Source of the DNA: Bacillota bacterium
Lineage (GTDB): Bacteria; Bacillota; Clostridia; Ch29
Length of the DNA stretch: 64,000 nt
Reading direction: 5' to 3'
NCBI GenBank assembly: GCA_040766775.1
Contig: JAXGPT010000003.1
Location: 30,098 to 94,097 of the forward strand
This document shows, piece by piece, positions 1-11,384 of the stretch (the first letter of the stretch is position 1; each line of letters begins with the position of its first letter). Below the pieces are notes generated by a model, which did no database searches, was not told where the DNA came from, and was given only the letters and a program-made list of their open reading frames with translations. The translations under genes were made by a program, and so were the position numbers.

Positions 1-73
1 CAGAGCACAACGGCGGGCCATTATGCCGTCGAGTACCGATGAATGATTTTCAATTATTAAGGAGGGAAGCAGT

Positions 74-544
74 GTGCCAAGGAAAGGAAGTGTTCCCAAG
101 AGGGAATTGTTACCCGACCCGCTGTATAACGACAGGGTGGTTACAAAGCTAATCAACTACGTTATGCTGGACGGGAAAAGAGGTGTCGCTCAAAAAATCG
201 TATACGATGCCTTTGAGATGATAAACAGAAAAACCGGAAGAGATGCCCTGGAAGTATTCCGGGAAGCCCTTGACAACGTCATGCCGGTACTGGAGGTCAA
301 GGCAAGAAGGGTTGGAGGGGCTACCTACCAGGTACCCATGGAAGTGCGCCAAGACCGGCGCCTGGCCTTGGGGTTAAGATGGCTGGTCAATTATGCCCGG
401 AACCGCGGGGAAAAGACTATGAAGGAAAGGCTGGCGGCGGAAATACTTGATGCCTTGAACAATACCGGAGCCAGCGTTAAGAAGAAAGAAGACACCCATA
501 AGATGGCGGAAGCAAACAGGGCTTTTGCCCATTACAGGTGGTAA
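74..544 (+). CDS. rpsG: 30S ribosomal protein S7
   Basis: 156-aa ORF with GTG start downstream of [26 protein letters not shown] matches the S7 N-terminus, and the gene precedes fusA-tuf. Confidence 0.97.
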   Translation: MPRKGSVPKRELLPDPLYNDRVVTKLINYVMLDGKRGVAQKIVYDAFEMINRKTGRDALEVFREALDNVMPVLEVKARRVGGATYQVPMEVRQDRRLALGLRWLVNYARNRGEKTMKERLAAEILDALNNTGASVKKKEDTHKMAEANRAFAHYRW

Positions 545-606
545 AATCGCTGAGCTGTCAAGGAGAAAAACAGCCGGCCTAAGGCCGGCCGAAAGGAAGT
601 ACGAAG

Positions 607-2670
607 GTGCCAAGAGAATTTCCCATAGAAAAAATAAGAAACATCGGAATAATGGCACATATTGATGCAGGGAAAACCACGACTACCGAGCGTATCCTGT
701 TCTATACCGGACGGTTGCACAGGATGGGAGAAGTGCATGACGGCGCCGCCGCTATGGACTGGATGGAGCAGGAACAGGAGCGGGGGATCACCATTACTTC
801 CGCTGCAACCACTGCATACTGGAAGGACCATAGAATAAATATCATCGATACGCCAGGGCATGTGGATTTCACGGTTGAGGTGGAAAGGTCCCTGCGTGTC
901 CTTGATGGTTCGGTAGCGGTTTTTTGCGCAAAGGGCGGGGTAGAGCCCCAGTCCGAGACAGTATGGCGCCAGGCGGACAAGTATAATGTTCCTAGGATTG
1001 CTTATGTAAACAAAATGGACATAACCGGGGCCGATTTCTTCAATGTGATGGAGATGATGAGAAAAAGGCTGGGGGCAAACCCGGTGGCGGTACAGTTGCC
1101 CATAGGCAAGGAGGAAGGTTTCAAGGGAATAGTGGACCTGATTGCCATGAAGGCCGTGTACTACCTGGACGACCTGGGTACAAAGAGTGAGGAAAAGCCC
1201 ATCCCCGGGGACATGGTGGAATTGGCCGAGGAGCATAGGAACCGCATGCTTGAATCCGTAGCCGACTTTGATGACACCCTCCTGGAAAAATATCTTGAGG
1301 GAGAGGATATTCCCAGGGAAGATATAATAAGGGCCCTTCGAGCAGCGACTTTAGATGTTAAGATAATCCCGGTGCTGTGCGGGTCCTCGTACAGGAACAA
1401 GGGTGTTCAGCTGCTGCTGGACGCCATAGTGGCTTACCTGCCATCGCCGGTGGATGTGGAGGCAATCAAGGGAGTGCTGCCCGATGGTGACGAGTGCGAG
1501 GAAAGGCACCCCTCCGACGATGAGCCCTTCTCGGCGCTGGCTTTTAAAATTATGACCGACCCCTATGTGGGCAAGCTTACCTTTTTCAGGGTTTATTCGG
1601 GAACCCTCAAAACCGGGTCCTATGTATATAATGCGACAAGGGATAAAAAGGAAAGAATAGGCAGGATACTGATGATGCACGCCAATGACCGGCAGGAAGT
1701 ACCCGAAGTGTATGCCGGCGACATAGCCGCTGCGGTAGGCTTCAGAGAAACGGCCACCGGGGATACGCTGACCGATGCCGGGCATCCGCTGATCCTGGAA
1801 TCCATGGTTTTCCCGGAACCGGTTATTTCGGTTGCCATTGAGCCCAAGACAAAGGTGGGCCAGGAGAAGATGTCCATTGCACTGCAAAAACTATCGGAGG
1901 AGGACCCCACATTCAAAACCTATACCGACCCGGAAACGGGGCAGACCATAATTTCAGGGATGGGGGAACTGCATCTTGAGATAATAGTGGAAAGGCTTCT
2001 TAGGGAATTCAAGGTGGAGGCCAATGTAGGAAAACCGCAGGTATCCTTTAAGGAGACCATAACCAAAAAGGTCAAGGCCGAAGGCAAGTTCATACGGCAG
2101 ACGGGAGGCCGTGGTCAATACGGTCATGTGGTCATAGAACTGGAGCCCTTGGAGCCGGGCAGCGGATTCGAATTTGAGAACAGAGTGGTTGGCGGTGCAG
2201 TGCCTAAGGAGTATATACCGGCGGTGGAGGCGGGCATCAGGGAAGCAATGGAGAATGGCGTGCTGGGGGGATACAAGGTATTGGATTTCAAAGCCACCGT
2301 TGTAGACGGTTCGTTCCACGAGGTTGACTCCTCTGAAATGGCCTTCAAGATAGCCGGTTCCATCGCGTTCAAGGAAGGCGCGAGAAAGGCCGGTCCGGTG
2401 CTGCTGGAGCCCATTATGAAAATCGAAGTGGTGGTTTCGGAGGATTACATGGGGGACGTTATGTCGGACATAAGCGGCAGAAGAGGCCGGATAGAAGGAA
2501 TAGAGCCCAGGGTGGGTACCCAACTGATAAAGGGGTATGTACCCCTTGCCGAGATGTTTGGTTATGCCACCGACCTAAGGTCCAAGACCCAGGGCAGAGG
2601 CACCTATACCATGCATTTCAGTCATTATGAGACGGTGCCCCAGAGTATAAAGGAGCAAATTTTAAAATAA
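607..2670 (+). CDS. fusA: translation elongation factor G
   Basis: 687-aa ORF with the G1 motif [18 protein letters not shown] and DTPGHVDF. Canonical position between rpsG and tuf. Confidence 0.97.
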   Translation: MPREFPIEKIRNIGIMAHIDAGKTTTTERILFYTGRLHRMGEVHDGAAAMDWMEQEQERGITITSAATTAYWKDHRINIIDTPGHVDFTVEVERSLRVLDGSVAVFCAKGGVEPQSETVWRQADKYNVPRIAYVNKMDITGADFFNVMEMMRKRLGANPVAVQLPIGKEEGFKGIVDLIAMKAVYYLDDLGTKSEEKPIPGDMVELAEEHRNRMLESVADFDDTLLEKYLEGEDIPREDIIRALRAATLDVKIIPVLCGSSYRNKGVQLLLDAIVAYLPSPVDVEAIKGVLPDGDECEERHPSDDEPFSALAFKIMTDPYVGKLTFFRVYSGTLKTGSYVYNATRDKKERIGRILMMHANDRQEVPEVYAGDIAAAVGFRETATGDTLTDAGHPLILESMVFPEPVISVAIEPKTKVGQEKMSIALQKLSEEDPTFKTYTDPETGQTIISGMGELHLEIIVERLLREFKVEANVGKPQVSFKETITKKVKAEGKFIRQTGGRGQYGHVVIELEPLEPGSGFEFENRVVGGAVPKEYIPAVEAGIREAMENGVLGGYKVLDFKATVVDGSFHEVDSSEMAFKIAGSIAFKEGARKAGPVLLEPIMKIEVVVSEDYMGDVMSDISGRRGRIEGIEPRVGTQLIKGYVPLAEMFGYATDLRSKTQGRGTYTMHFSHYETVPQSIKEQILK

Positions 2671-2745
2671 TATAACAAGGGGGAATTGCTGCCCGGCGAC
2701 GGGTTGCCCCCCTGCAAAACTTTTTGTAGAAAGGAGAACAAAGGA

Positions 2746-3936
2746 ATGGGAAAGGCTAAATATGAGAGGACCAAACCGCATGTAAACGTAGGAACCATTG
2801 GGCACATAGACCATGGCAAGACGACGCTGACGGCGGCAATAACCTATGTACTGTCGAAGAGGGGCGGTGCGATGGCAACGGCATACGACCAGATAGACAA
2901 AGCTCCGGAGGAGAAGGAAAGGGGCATAACCATATCCACGTCCCACGTTGAATATGAAACGGAAAAGAGGCACTATGCGCACGTAGACTGTCCCGGACAC
3001 GCGGACTATGTAAAGAACATGATAACGGGTGCGGCGCAGATGGACGGAGCAATAATAGTGGTATCGGCGGCGGACGGTCCCATGCCGCAGACCAGGGAGC
3101 ATATACTGCTGGCGCGTCAGGTAAACGTACCCTACATAGTGGTATTCCTGAACAAGTGCGACATGGTGGACGACGAGGAGCTAATAGAGCTGGTAGAGAT
3201 GGAAGTAAGGGACCTTTTGAACGAATACAACTTCCCCGGGGACGAAGTGCCGGTAATAAGGGGTTCTGCGCTTAAGGCACTGGAGGACCCGGACAGCGAA
3301 TGGGCGGACGCAATAATTGAGCTTATGGACGCTGTTGACGAGTACATTCCGACGCCGGAGCGGGACGTTGACAAGCCTTTCTTAATGCCTGTGGAGGACG
3401 TATTCAGCATAACGGGCCGAGGCACCGTGGCAACGGGCAGGGTAGAAAGGGGAACCCTGAGGGTACAGGACCAGGTAGAGATAGTGGGTCTTACCGAAGA
3501 GTCCAGGACGGTAGTGGTAACGGGAGTGGAGATGTTCAGGAAGCTGCTTGACCAGGCGGTGGCAGGAGACAACATAGGAGCGCTACTTAGAGGTGTACAG
3601 CGTAACGAGATAGAGAGGGGCCAGGTACTGGCCAAGCCGGGTTCAATAAAGCCGCACACGCATTTTGAAGCGGAAGTGTATGTATTGACGAAGGAAGAGG
3701 GCGGCAGGCACACCCCGTTTTTCAACGGATACCGTCCGCAGTTTTATTTCAGGACAACCGACGTAACCGGCACGATAGCTTTGCCGGAGGGAGTGGAGAT
3801 GTGCATGCCCGGTGACAACATCACCATGACCATAAAGCTGATAACCCCTATAGCGATAGAAGAGGGTATCCGATTTGCTATAAGGGAAGGCGGCAGGACA
3901 GTAGGAGCAGGGGTAGTCTCCAAGGTACTGGAGTAA
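2746..3936 (+). CDS. tuf: translation elongation factor Tu
   Basis: Internal ATG at 2746 after AGGAGAACAAAGGA gives [27 protein letters not shown]. The 20 extra codons of the tracked ORF (2686) are rejected. Confidence 0.97.
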   Translation: MGKAKYERTKPHVNVGTIGHIDHGKTTLTAAITYVLSKRGGAMATAYDQIDKAPEEKERGITISTSHVEYETEKRHYAHVDCPGHADYVKNMITGAAQMDGAIIVVSAADGPMPQTREHILLARQVNVPYIVVFLNKCDMVDDEELIELVEMEVRDLLNEYNFPGDEVPVIRGSALKALEDPDSEWADAIIELMDAVDEYIPTPERDVDKPFLMPVEDVFSITGRGTVATGRVERGTLRVQDQVEIVGLTEESRTVVVTGVEMFRKLLDQAVAGDNIGALLRGVQRNEIERGQVLAKPGSIKPHTHFEAEVYVLTKEEGGRHTPFFNGYRPQFYFRTTDVTGTIALPEGVEMCMPGDNITMTIKLITPIAIEEGIRFAIREGGRTVGAGVVSKVLE

Positions 3937-3960
3937 GACAAGGGGACGGTTCTCGTGTCT
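3936..3960 (+). repeat. conserved-loop hairpin family copy (stem AGACA/TGTCT, loop AGGGGACGGTTCTCG)
   Basis: Starts on the last base of the tuf stop codon. The loop core GGGGACGGTTCT is shared with copies at 28600, 35620, 53667, 55963 and 56098. No U-tract follows. Confidence 0.7.
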
Positions 3961-3978
3961 GTAAATGGGAAGTGGGAA

Positions 3979-4018
3979 GTGAGACGAGGGAAGTGGGTTT
4001 TCACTTCGCATGTCTCAC
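3979..4018 (+). other. nested hairpin in tuf-rpsJ spacer (GTGAGAC...GTCTCAC enclosing GAAGTG...CACTTC)
   Basis: Complementary arms read directly, preceded by three GGGAAGTG direct repeats (3967-3995). Probably a str-operon 3' structure, but no U-tract follows. Confidence 0.5.
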
Positions 4019-4054
4019 ATCTCACCTCTCAAATAGCTATTGATAATTTTTGCT

Positions 4055-4063
4055 TGTTATAAT
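4055..4063 (+). promoter_or_regulatory. candidate extended -10 promoter (TGtTATAAT) for the S10 operon
   Basis: TGTTATAAT lies about 210 nt upstream of rpsJ. The -35 is weak (TAGCTA at 18-nt spacing). Confidence 0.35.
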
Positions 4064-4274
4064 AAAATAAAATAGTTGCAGCAAGCAAGCGATGATATGG
4101 AAGGTTGCCGGAATTTGCCGGGAAATTTCCAAGGAGTATGTCCACATCTAGAATGGGGCGACTTTGGTTTTGTATGCACTTATGTTTAAAAAAAACTTCA
4201 AAACGCCTGGATGAGTGTATATGAGACCGGGTTGCGCGTAAACAAAAACGTGCGATTTTAAGGAGGTAAATTTG

Positions 4275-4583
4275 ATGGCGAAACAAAAAATCAGGATAAG
4301 ACTGAAGGCCTTTGACCATTCGGCCCTTGACCAGTCCGCAGCCAAAATAGTGGATACTGCGAAAAAAACAGGCGCCAAGGTATCGGGACCCATACCGCTA
4401 CCCACCGAGAGGGATGTTGTAACCATACTTCGGGCCCCCCATAAGTACAAGGATTCAAGGGAACAGTTCGAGATAAGGACTCACAAAAGGCTTATAGACA
4501 TTCACAATCCAAATCCCAAAACGGTGGATGCGCTTATGCGGCTTGACCTGCCCGCCGGTGTGGATATAGAGATTAAACTGTAG
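4275..4583 (+). CDS. rpsJ: 30S ribosomal protein S10
   Basis: [15 protein letters not shown]...[12 protein letters not shown], with ATG 8 nt after AAGGAGG. Confidence 0.96.
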   Translation: MAKQKIRIRLKAFDHSALDQSAAKIVDTAKKTGAKVSGPIPLPTERDVVTILRAPHKYKDSREQFEIRTHKRLIDIHNPNPKTVDALMRLDLPAGVDIEIKL

Positions 4584-4643
4584 GATATTATGATTGTTTC
4601 CTAAAAAGGGGATAATCCGCTAATAATATTGGAGGTGCAACAG

Positions 4644-5273
4644 ATGGTGAAAGGTATTCTGGGAAGGAAACTGGGCATGACACAGGTGTTCGACGAGAAC
4701 GGAAATATAATACCGGTTACCGTAATAAAGGCGGGACCCGTAAAGGTGGTACAGAAAAAGACGATTGAAAGTGACGGGTACTCGGCAATACAGGTGGGGT
4801 TTGAAGATGTAAAACCCGCGAAAGTTAACAAGCCCGTAAAGGGTCATTTTGACAAGGGCGGGGTTGAGTACAAGAGGGTATTAAGGGAGTTTAGGATAGA
4901 AAATCCCGAGGACTACGAAGTAGGCCAGGAAATAAAGGTTGATACGTTCAAGGAAGGCGAAAAAGTTGACGTGGCAGGGACTTCTAAAGGTAAGGGTTTC
5001 CAGGGCGTTATAAAAAGGTGGGGCCAAGGTCGCGGTCCCATGACCCATGGCTCAAAGTACCACAGGGGAGTAGGCTCAATGGGCGGGACCAGTTCCCCGT
5101 CAAGAACCTTTAAGGGCAAAAGGATGCCGGGAAGAATGGGCGGCGAAAGGGTTACAGTACAGAACCTTGAAGTGGTAAAGGTGGACCCGGAGCACAATCT
5201 TATGCTTTTAAAGGGCGCGGTACCGGGACCCAAGGGCGGCTTACTGGTCATAAGGAATTCTGTCAAAGCATAA
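4644..5273 (+). CDS. rplC: 50S ribosomal protein L3
   Basis: [16 protein letters not shown], with ATG after GGAGGTG. The tracked ORF starts 15 nt upstream. Confidence 0.96.
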   Translation: MVKGILGRKLGMTQVFDENGNIIPVTVIKAGPVKVVQKKTIESDGYSAIQVGFEDVKPAKVNKPVKGHFDKGGVEYKRVLREFRIENPEDYEVGQEIKVDTFKEGEKVDVAGTSKGKGFQGVIKRWGQGRGPMTHGSKYHRGVGSMGGTSSPSRTFKGKRMPGRMGGERVTVQNLEVVKVDPEHNLMLLKGAVPGPKGGLLVIRNSVKA

Positions 5274-7313
5274 GAAGGCTTGTAGAAAGAGCAGCGGGTA
5301 TGATGCTGGCGGAAACCGGAAAAAACTTTTAGAAATTCGCTTTTCGGCGTATGAGGTGTATGTTCGGTGAAGGCATCACTAAACTAAACCTTAAATCTAA
5401 CTTAATAGATAAATATACAACGGACCTAATACGGAGGGCGGAATAGGCAATGGCCAGTTTATTCAGCTATCATGTCGGTTTCTCCTCCTGGTTGGTAAAG
5501 CTGGTTGGTCTTTAGCAGATAAAGATCAATCGACCAGTTTTCGGGCAGTAAGCGCAAGGGCACGTTTGTGTGCATATTGTTTAGGCTCCGCTTTCTTTAG
5601 GGCATAGTACTGCGCAAAGATAGGGTCGTGCATCCTGACACTGTCAGCCGCCTCAATGAGGTAGTACCGTAAGAAGCGATTACCTGAACGGATAAGCCGT
5701 GTGTTGTTGGCAGTAAAGTTACCAGATTTTGCGTTGCGTCCAGGCCAGGCTCTGCGAACTTGGCCAGCTGCTTATGGCTGTCAAACTGGTTAATATCGCC
5801 TATTTCGGCCAGTATACCAGAGAAAATATCAATAATACCCGCACAGAATTCAGGGTCTGAGCAGTGAATAGTATCCAGATGGTCCTCTATGGCTTTTTTC
5901 AGGGACTTAAGCTGCTCCCGGAGCGTCCTTATGACCCGTATGCTGGATGCCATAGCTAGATTAACGGAGTCGCGCCATGGCCTTTGGCAAGCGATAAGAA
6001 GACCGTGCTGCTTTCAAGTTCTTTGGCTACAGCCTGTGGGTCATCGAATCGAGCTTTACCATGCTGGATCAGGAACCAGGTAAGTTTGTCCAAAGAAGCT
6101 TCAGCCAAGGCTTTGCGCATTCAAACTCTTCCATGACTGCCAAAGAAGTAGCAGATAGCTTGTTGTCAAAAACGAGGGTGTAATCACTGCATTTTAGGTA
6201 TAAGTTAGTCATAAGGAAGTTGCTTTCCCGTACTCAGGGCTCGTATAAGATGGTATCTGGCCCGTGTTAGCCTCTGCAAGCGTTGGCTATGGGCTCACTC
6301 CATGTGAATGGTGGGGCAGATGCCCGGCCATAAGCTTGGATGCTATGTACCAGGCATCGACCCTGTCATTTTTAGGAGCATCGAGGAAATGAGCCTTTTT
6401 AAACTCCTTGATGAGGCTAAAGTTAAACAAGTATACGTTAACATCTTCGCAGCCGAAGACCAGATGATGTTGTAGGTACATGGCAGCATGGGTAGAGTAA
6501 CAACCGGTATGTTCAAGCCTGAAGAGTATTTGATCAAAGCCAGTGCTTTTGCACTAGCTGGCTGATACGCTGTTTAAGCCTAGCGATCCCGGGTCGATTG
6601 TTAAGCACAATAAACCTGGATAAGGGTCTTTTCCTCATCATCGTTTGATAGGCAACACCACATTATCCCTGCTGCTTAAGTACTCGACAAATAAAGGGTT
6701 GGGCATCTTAATCACCTCCTTTGCGGAATGGATAAGATGTCTACAGTCCTGGGGATGTCCCTGGGAAACCCATGAACGACAGCCTTGCGAGCTATAGGAA
6801 TACATACCAAGTACCCTTCGATGCACATGCTTCCTCTGCTTGCAGGAAGGAAGAGAAGCCGGGAAACAGCCAGCGTGTAGGTCTATATCATGGGGCCAGG
6901 GAACACTCTTCGCGGGAAGACACCCGGAATATCGGGGCAACGGGAGGAGACGGAACATTCCCTTGGTAGACACCTTTGGCTATATTTTCCCAAAGACATC
7001 GCAGTACTGCAAACCCTAAATTAAAGAAAGATAGTGTAAAAGAGAAGAAATTACATTGGGCTGTAGATATGCGCTGCAGCTGAAGGTTCTGATGGATAAC
7101 TTCAGAGTTACCCACAGACCCCACGAGCTTTGACAACGCCAAAGCGTTGACCACATATCCACAAGCCCCGACTACGACTAATAATGTTGTTTTAAAAAAT
7201 ATAAAGATAGATTTGAAGATAACATTATTAAGTCAATAAATATCAATATGAGTAACCTCCGAATTGGAATTTACATCCAAATTGGCTGCTGCTCATAGTA
7301 TAAGGAGGAAAGG
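5274..7313. mobile_element. IS110-family insertion filling the rplC-rplD spacer (ends not resolved)
   Basis: A spacer that is normally tens of nt is 2.04 kb here. It contains an antisense DEDD/IS110-type transposase gene plus about 600 nt of non-coding sequence 5' of that gene and about 185 nt 3' of it. Confidence 0.6.
5459..6706 (-). pseudogene. IS110 family transposase, multiple frameshifts
   Basis: Fragments read MPNPLFV..SSRDNVV (N-terminus), KNDRVDAWYIASKL (DEDD domain) and AEIGDINQFDSHKQLAKFA...NNTRLIRSGNRFLRYYLIEAADSVRMHDPIFAQYY (Transposase_20 domain). They lie in three frames over about 1.25 kb. Confidence 0.8.
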
Positions 7314-7946
7314 TTGGTGCTTCTAAAGTAGTGCAGTTTATAATACAGAAGGAAAGCAGGTAGGGGAAATAGACCTTTAAGGATGAGATTTTTGGTGCCG
7401 AGGTAACCAGCCCTGCTGCATCAGGCTGTGCAGGTATACCTAGCCAACCAAAGACAGGGTACCCATTCTGCAAAGACCCGGGCGGAAGTAAGGGGCGGCG
7501 GCAGAAAGCCCTGGAGGCAAAAAGGCACAGGCAGGGCAAGACACGGCAGCATCCGCTCGCCGCAGTGGACGGGAGGGGGAGTGGTTTTTGCCCCTAAACC
7601 CAGGGATTATTCACAAAAACTGTCCAAAAAAATGCGCAGGCAGGCCATGCTTTCGGCCCTCAGTTCAAAGGCGGCCAACAACGAGATTATGGTATTGGAC
7701 AGCCTTGTAATGGACCGGCCCAAGACCGCGTTTATTTCCGCCATGCTCAAGAATCTTAACATTGATAAAAAAGCATTGATAGTGGTCAAGGGCGGAGACG
7801 AGGTGGTAGCAAGGTCGGCAAGAAACATCCCCGGGGTAAAAACAACCTTTGCGGGAAGCCTTAACGTATATGACATATTGAAGTATGATACGTTTTTGAT
7901 AACCAGGGATGCGGTACAGGAAGTCGAGGAGGTGTACGGGAAATGA
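7314..7946 (+). pseudogene. rplD: 50S ribosomal protein L4, first ~35 codons frame-broken (probable assembly indels)
   Basis: The intact part 7428-7946 reads [37 protein letters not shown]. Upstream, AVYNTEGKQVGEIDL / KDEIFGAEV / LLHQAV lie in shifted frames after the RBS AAGGAGG (7302). Confidence 0.85.
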
Positions 7947-8233
7947 AGGCTCCCCAAGATATAGTTATAAGGCCTATTGTTACAGAGAGAAGCATGAGGG
8001 ACATGGAACAGAACAAGTACACCTTTGTGGTAGACAAAAAGGCTAACAAAATAGAAATAAAGAAGGCCGTGGAAGAGCTGTTCGATGTGAAGGTGGAAAG
8101 GGTAAATATTGTAAACTACATGGGCAAAATGAGAAGGATGGGCAGAAACATCGGTAGGAAGGCAAGCTGGAAAAAGGCCTTTGTGAAGCTTGCCGAGGGC
8201 AGCAAAAAAATAGAGTTCTTCGAGGGAATGTAA
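7943..8233 (+). CDS. rplW: 50S ribosomal protein L23
   Basis: 96 aa with overlapping ATGA coupling to rpl[11 protein letters not shown]...[20 protein letters not shown]. Confidence 0.95.
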   Translation: MKAPQDIVIRPIVTERSMRDMEQNKYTFVVDKKANKIEIKKAVEELFDVKVERVNIVNYMGKMRRMGRNIGRKASWKKAFVKLAEGSKKIEFFEGM

Positions 8234-8252
8234 ATGTAAGGAGGGAAACGTA

Positions 8253-9083
8253 ATGGCGGTTAAAAAATTCAGGCCTACCTCCCCGGGAGTACGACATATG
8301 ACCGTATTGGACTATTCTGGGATTACTACCGACAAACCGGAAAAATCCCTTGTGACCGATTTGAAAAAGTCCGGAGGGAGAAACGTACACGGCAGGATAA
8401 CTGTTCGTCACAGGGGAGGCGGACATAAAAGAAAATACAGGATTATAGACTTTAAGAGGGACAAGGATGGGGTACCGGCAAGAGTTGCCACCATCGAGTA
8501 TGACCCCAACAGGAGTGCGAATATTGCGCTTTTAAACTACGCTGACGGCGAAAAAAGATATATAATAGCGCCGTTGGGGCTGAACGTGGGCGACATCGTG
8601 GTATCCGGCGATAGTGTGGACATAAAACCGGGCAATGCCCTGCCCCTTTCCAGCATTCCGGTGGGTACCGTAATACACAACATTGAATTAAAACCCGGTA
8701 AGGGAGCCCAGCTGGTAAGGGCAGCCGGCAACGCGGCTCAGCTTATGGCGAAGGAAGGGGATTATGCGCAGATCAAACTTCCTTCCGGAGAGGTTAGAAT
8801 GGTTAGGCAGGAGTGTAGGGCGACGGTGGGACAGGTAGGTAACCTTGACCACGAGAATATCACCATAGGTAAGGCCGGCAGGAAGAGAAACCTTGGAATT
8901 AGGCCTACCGTCAGGGGTTCCGCCATGAACCCGGTTGACCACCCGCACGGCGGCGGTGAGGGTAAGGCCCCGGTGGGCAGGCCGACACCGGTTACACCGT
9001 GGGGCAAACCCACAATCGGATACAAGACAAGAAAGAAGAACAAGGACAGCGACAAGTTTATCGTTAAGCGTCGTAAGAAGTAA
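8253..9083 (+). CDS. rplB: 50S ribosomal protein L2
   Basis: 276 aa: [17 protein letters not shown]...[15 protein letters not shown]...HPHGGGEG. Confidence 0.97.
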   Translation: MAVKKFRPTSPGVRHMTVLDYSGITTDKPEKSLVTDLKKSGGRNVHGRITVRHRGGGHKRKYRIIDFKRDKDGVPARVATIEYDPNRSANIALLNYADGEKRYIIAPLGLNVGDIVVSGDSVDIKPGNALPLSSIPVGTVIHNIELKPGKGAQLVRAAGNAAQLMAKEGDYAQIKLPSGEVRMVRQECRATVGQVGNLDHENITIGKAGRKRNLGIRPTVRGSAMNPVDHPHGGGEGKAPVGRPTPVTPWGKPTIGYKTRKKNKDSDKFIVKRRKK

Positions 9084-9108
9084 CAAGAGAAGGGAGGAAA
9101 TATTTTTC

Positions 9109-9392
9109 ATGGGAAGGTCACTGAAGAAAGGACCCTATGTCCATTCTAAACTTTTAAAGAGGATAGAAGAGATGAACAAAAAGAACGAGAAAAAGGTCCT
9201 GAAGACCTGGTCGAGGGCATCTACCATCTTCCCGCAAATGGTGGGTCATACCATAGCGGTGCACGATGGGAGAAAACATGTCCCCGTTTATATAACCGAA
9301 GAAATGGTGGGTCACAAATTAGGCGAATTTGCGCCGACCAGAACCTTTAGGGGGCACGGTTCCCATACTGAAAGGTCAACGGCACCAAGTAG
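9109..9392 (+). pseudogene. rpsS: 30S ribosomal protein S19, stop codon lost by a 1-nt deletion near 9385
   Basis: [16 protein letters not shown]...[17 protein letters not shown] is S19. The frame then runs on into rplV. Restoring one base gives ..STAPK-TAG at 9390-9392, followed by the rplV RBS. Confidence 0.85.
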
Positions 9393-9412
9393 AGGGAAGG
9401 AGTGGTTTAACG

Positions 9413-9749
9413 ATGGAAGCAAAAGCCTGCGCAAGATATATTAGAATATCACCCCGAAAGGTCGAGGTTGTCTTGGACCAGGTGAGGGTAAAAGCATAGA
9501 TGAAGCTTTGGCCATACTATAGGCGGTAGCGGCGCCCCCATAAGGGCGCAACAACCGAGAAATTGATACAATCGGCGGCGGCCAACGCGGAAAACAATCA
9601 CGATATGGTAAGGGATAACCTGTACGTTGCACAAATTTATGCCAACCAGGGGCCGACCATGAAGAGGTACAAGGCCAGGGCCCGGGCAGGGCAAACCTGA
9701 TACGCAAAAGAAGTACCCATATATCCGCAGTTTTCGCGAAAAACAGTAA
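9413..9749 (+). pseudogene. rplV: 50S ribosomal protein L22, several frameshifts
   Basis: [23 protein letters not shown], then a premature TAG at 9497. The GGG run at 9486-9488 should be GGGG to read RGKSIDEALAIL. Later pieces AANAENNHDM, LYVAQIYANQGPTMKRYKARARG and THISAV are in other frames. Confidence 0.85.
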
Positions 9750-9764
9750 GAAGGAGGGAAAGCC

Positions 9765-10412
9765 ATAATAAAAAAAGTCAATCCCCACGGCCCGTGGTCG
9801 GGATAATAAAAGACTGAGTTCAAAGTGGTATTCGGGTAAAAGGGATTTTTCAAATCTTTTGATAGAAGATAAGAAAATAAGAAAATACGTAAAGAATAAG
9901 TTCTATACTCTCCTGGGGTTTCCAAAGTGGAAATCGAGCGGGCAGCAAACCGGGTTGGGCGTTGCGTACGGCCGCCAAGCCGGGAATGGCGGATAGGAAA
10001 AGGCGGCGCGGGAGTGGATGACCTTTAAGAAAGAACTGGAGGTCATGACGGGGAAAAAATGTATTCATCAATATAATAGAAATAAAGGCCCCGAACTGGA
10101 TGCACAGCTGGTTGCGGAAAACATCGCTTCCCAGCTTGAAAAAAGCGGTTTCCTTCAGAAGGGCCATGAAACAGCCATCCAGCGAACAATGCGTGCGGAG
10201 CCAAGGGTATCAAAACAATGGTGGCTGGAAGGTTGGGAGAAAGCAGAAATAGCCAGGAGCGAAAGATACAGCGAAGGCACCATACCGCTGCAGACGCTGG
10301 CGGCCGACATAGTGAGGAGCCTGCAGAGGCGGATACCACCTACGGAAAAATCGGGGTGAAGGTATGGATATACAAAGGGGAAATCCTGGGTAAAACCAAG
10401 AGCGAAAACTAG
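9765..10412 (+). pseudogene. rpsC: 30S ribosomal protein S3, at least 5 frameshifts, start codon not identifiable
   Basis: S3 peptides are scattered over three frames: [91 protein letters not shown]. Confidence 0.85.
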
Positions 10413-10439
10413 GGACTTGTAAGGGAGGAGGAAGGCCAA

Positions 10440-10874
10440 ATGTTGATACCCAAAAGGGTCAAGCGCCGAAAGGTTCAAAGGGGCAGAATGAAAGGAAAAG
10501 CAGCCCGAGGCAACGCAATATCATACGGTCAATACGGTCTGCAGGCTATCGAACCGGGATGGATTACTTCAAACCAGATTGAGGCTGCAAGGGTAGCCAT
10601 GACCAGGTATATAAAAAGAGGTGGAAAGGTCTGGATAAAAATATTTCCCGACAAACCCGTTACACAAAAACCCGCTGAAACCAGGATGGGCTCGGGTAAA
10701 GGGTCGCCGGAATACTGGGTGGCGGTGGTTAAGCCCGGAAGAGTCATGTTTGAAATATCCGGCGTAAGCGAAGATGTAGCCAGGGAAGCAATGCGCCTTG
10801 CCATGCATAAACTGCCTATCAAATGTAAATTTGTAAAACGCGATGAAGTGGGTGGTGAAGCAAATGAAAGCTAA
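10440..10874 (+). CDS. rplP: 50S ribosomal protein L16
   Basis: 144 aa: [19 protein letters not shown]...[21 protein letters not shown]. Confidence 0.97.
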   Translation: MLIPKRVKRRKVQRGRMKGKAARGNAISYGQYGLQAIEPGWITSNQIEAARVAMTRYIKRGGKVWIKIFPDKPVTQKPAETRMGSGKGSPEYWVAVVKPGRVMFEISGVSEDVAREAMRLAMHKLPIKCKFVKRDEVGGEANES

Positions 10875-11067
10875 AGAGGTTAGGGAAATGACCGAACAGG
10901 AATTGGAAAAAAAGGCCAAGGAGCTTAAGGGAGAACTTTTCAACCTCAGGTTTCAACTTGCTACGGGACAGTTGGATAATCCCATGAGAATAAAACAGGT
11001 GAGAAAATCCATTGCAAGGATAAAAACCGTTTTAAGGGAAAGGGAACTTAAGAAGGTTAAAGCGTAA
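10864..11067 (+). CDS. rpmC: 50S ribosomal protein L29
   Basis: Internal ATG gives [37 protein letters not shown]. It overlaps the rplP end. Confidence 0.93.
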   Translation: MKAKEVREMTEQELEKKAKELKGELFNLRFQLATGQLDNPMRIKQVRKSIARIKTVLRERELKKVKA

Positions 11068-11097
11068 CAGCTTTTCAGGGAAGGAGGAAATGGGTCT

Positions 11098-11352
11098 ATG
11101 ATACGGGGCAACAGGAAAGTCAGGATTGGCAAAGTGGTAAGCGACAAGATGGACAAAACCATAGTAGTGGCGGTGGAAACCCTGGTAAGACACCCGCTGT
11201 ACGGCAAATCCATAAAACGGACAAAGAAATTTAAAGCCCACGACGAGAACAATGAATGCTCGGTAGGGGACAGGGTAAAAATTATGGAGACAAGACCCCT
11301 AAGCAGGGAAAAACGTTGGAGGCTTGTTGAAATAATCGAAAAGGCAAGATAA
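11098..11352 (+). CDS. rpsQ: 30S ribosomal protein S17
   Basis: 84 aa: [22 protein letters not shown]...[17 protein letters not shown]. Confidence 0.96.
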   Translation: MIRGNRKVRIGKVVSDKMDKTIVVAVETLVRHPLYGKSIKRTKKFKAHDENNECSVGDRVKIMETRPLSREKRWRLVEIIEKAR

Positions 11353-11384
11353 CTCACTATGTTTGCCGGAAGGAGGTATTTCCG

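Noticed and set aside
1-46. Possible 3' end of rpsL upstream of rpsG.
   Set aside because: None of the three frames gives an S12-like C-terminus (..RSKYG.KKPK). It is left unannotated.
2686-2745. N-terminal extensions of tracked ORFs: tuf from 2686, ecfA1 from 20982, rplM from 24416, rpsS ORF from 8935, ferredoxin from 44570, and the sigma-54 activator from 38803.
   Set aside because: Internal starts have proper RBS spacing and give canonical N-termini. The extensions overlap upstream genes or terminators.
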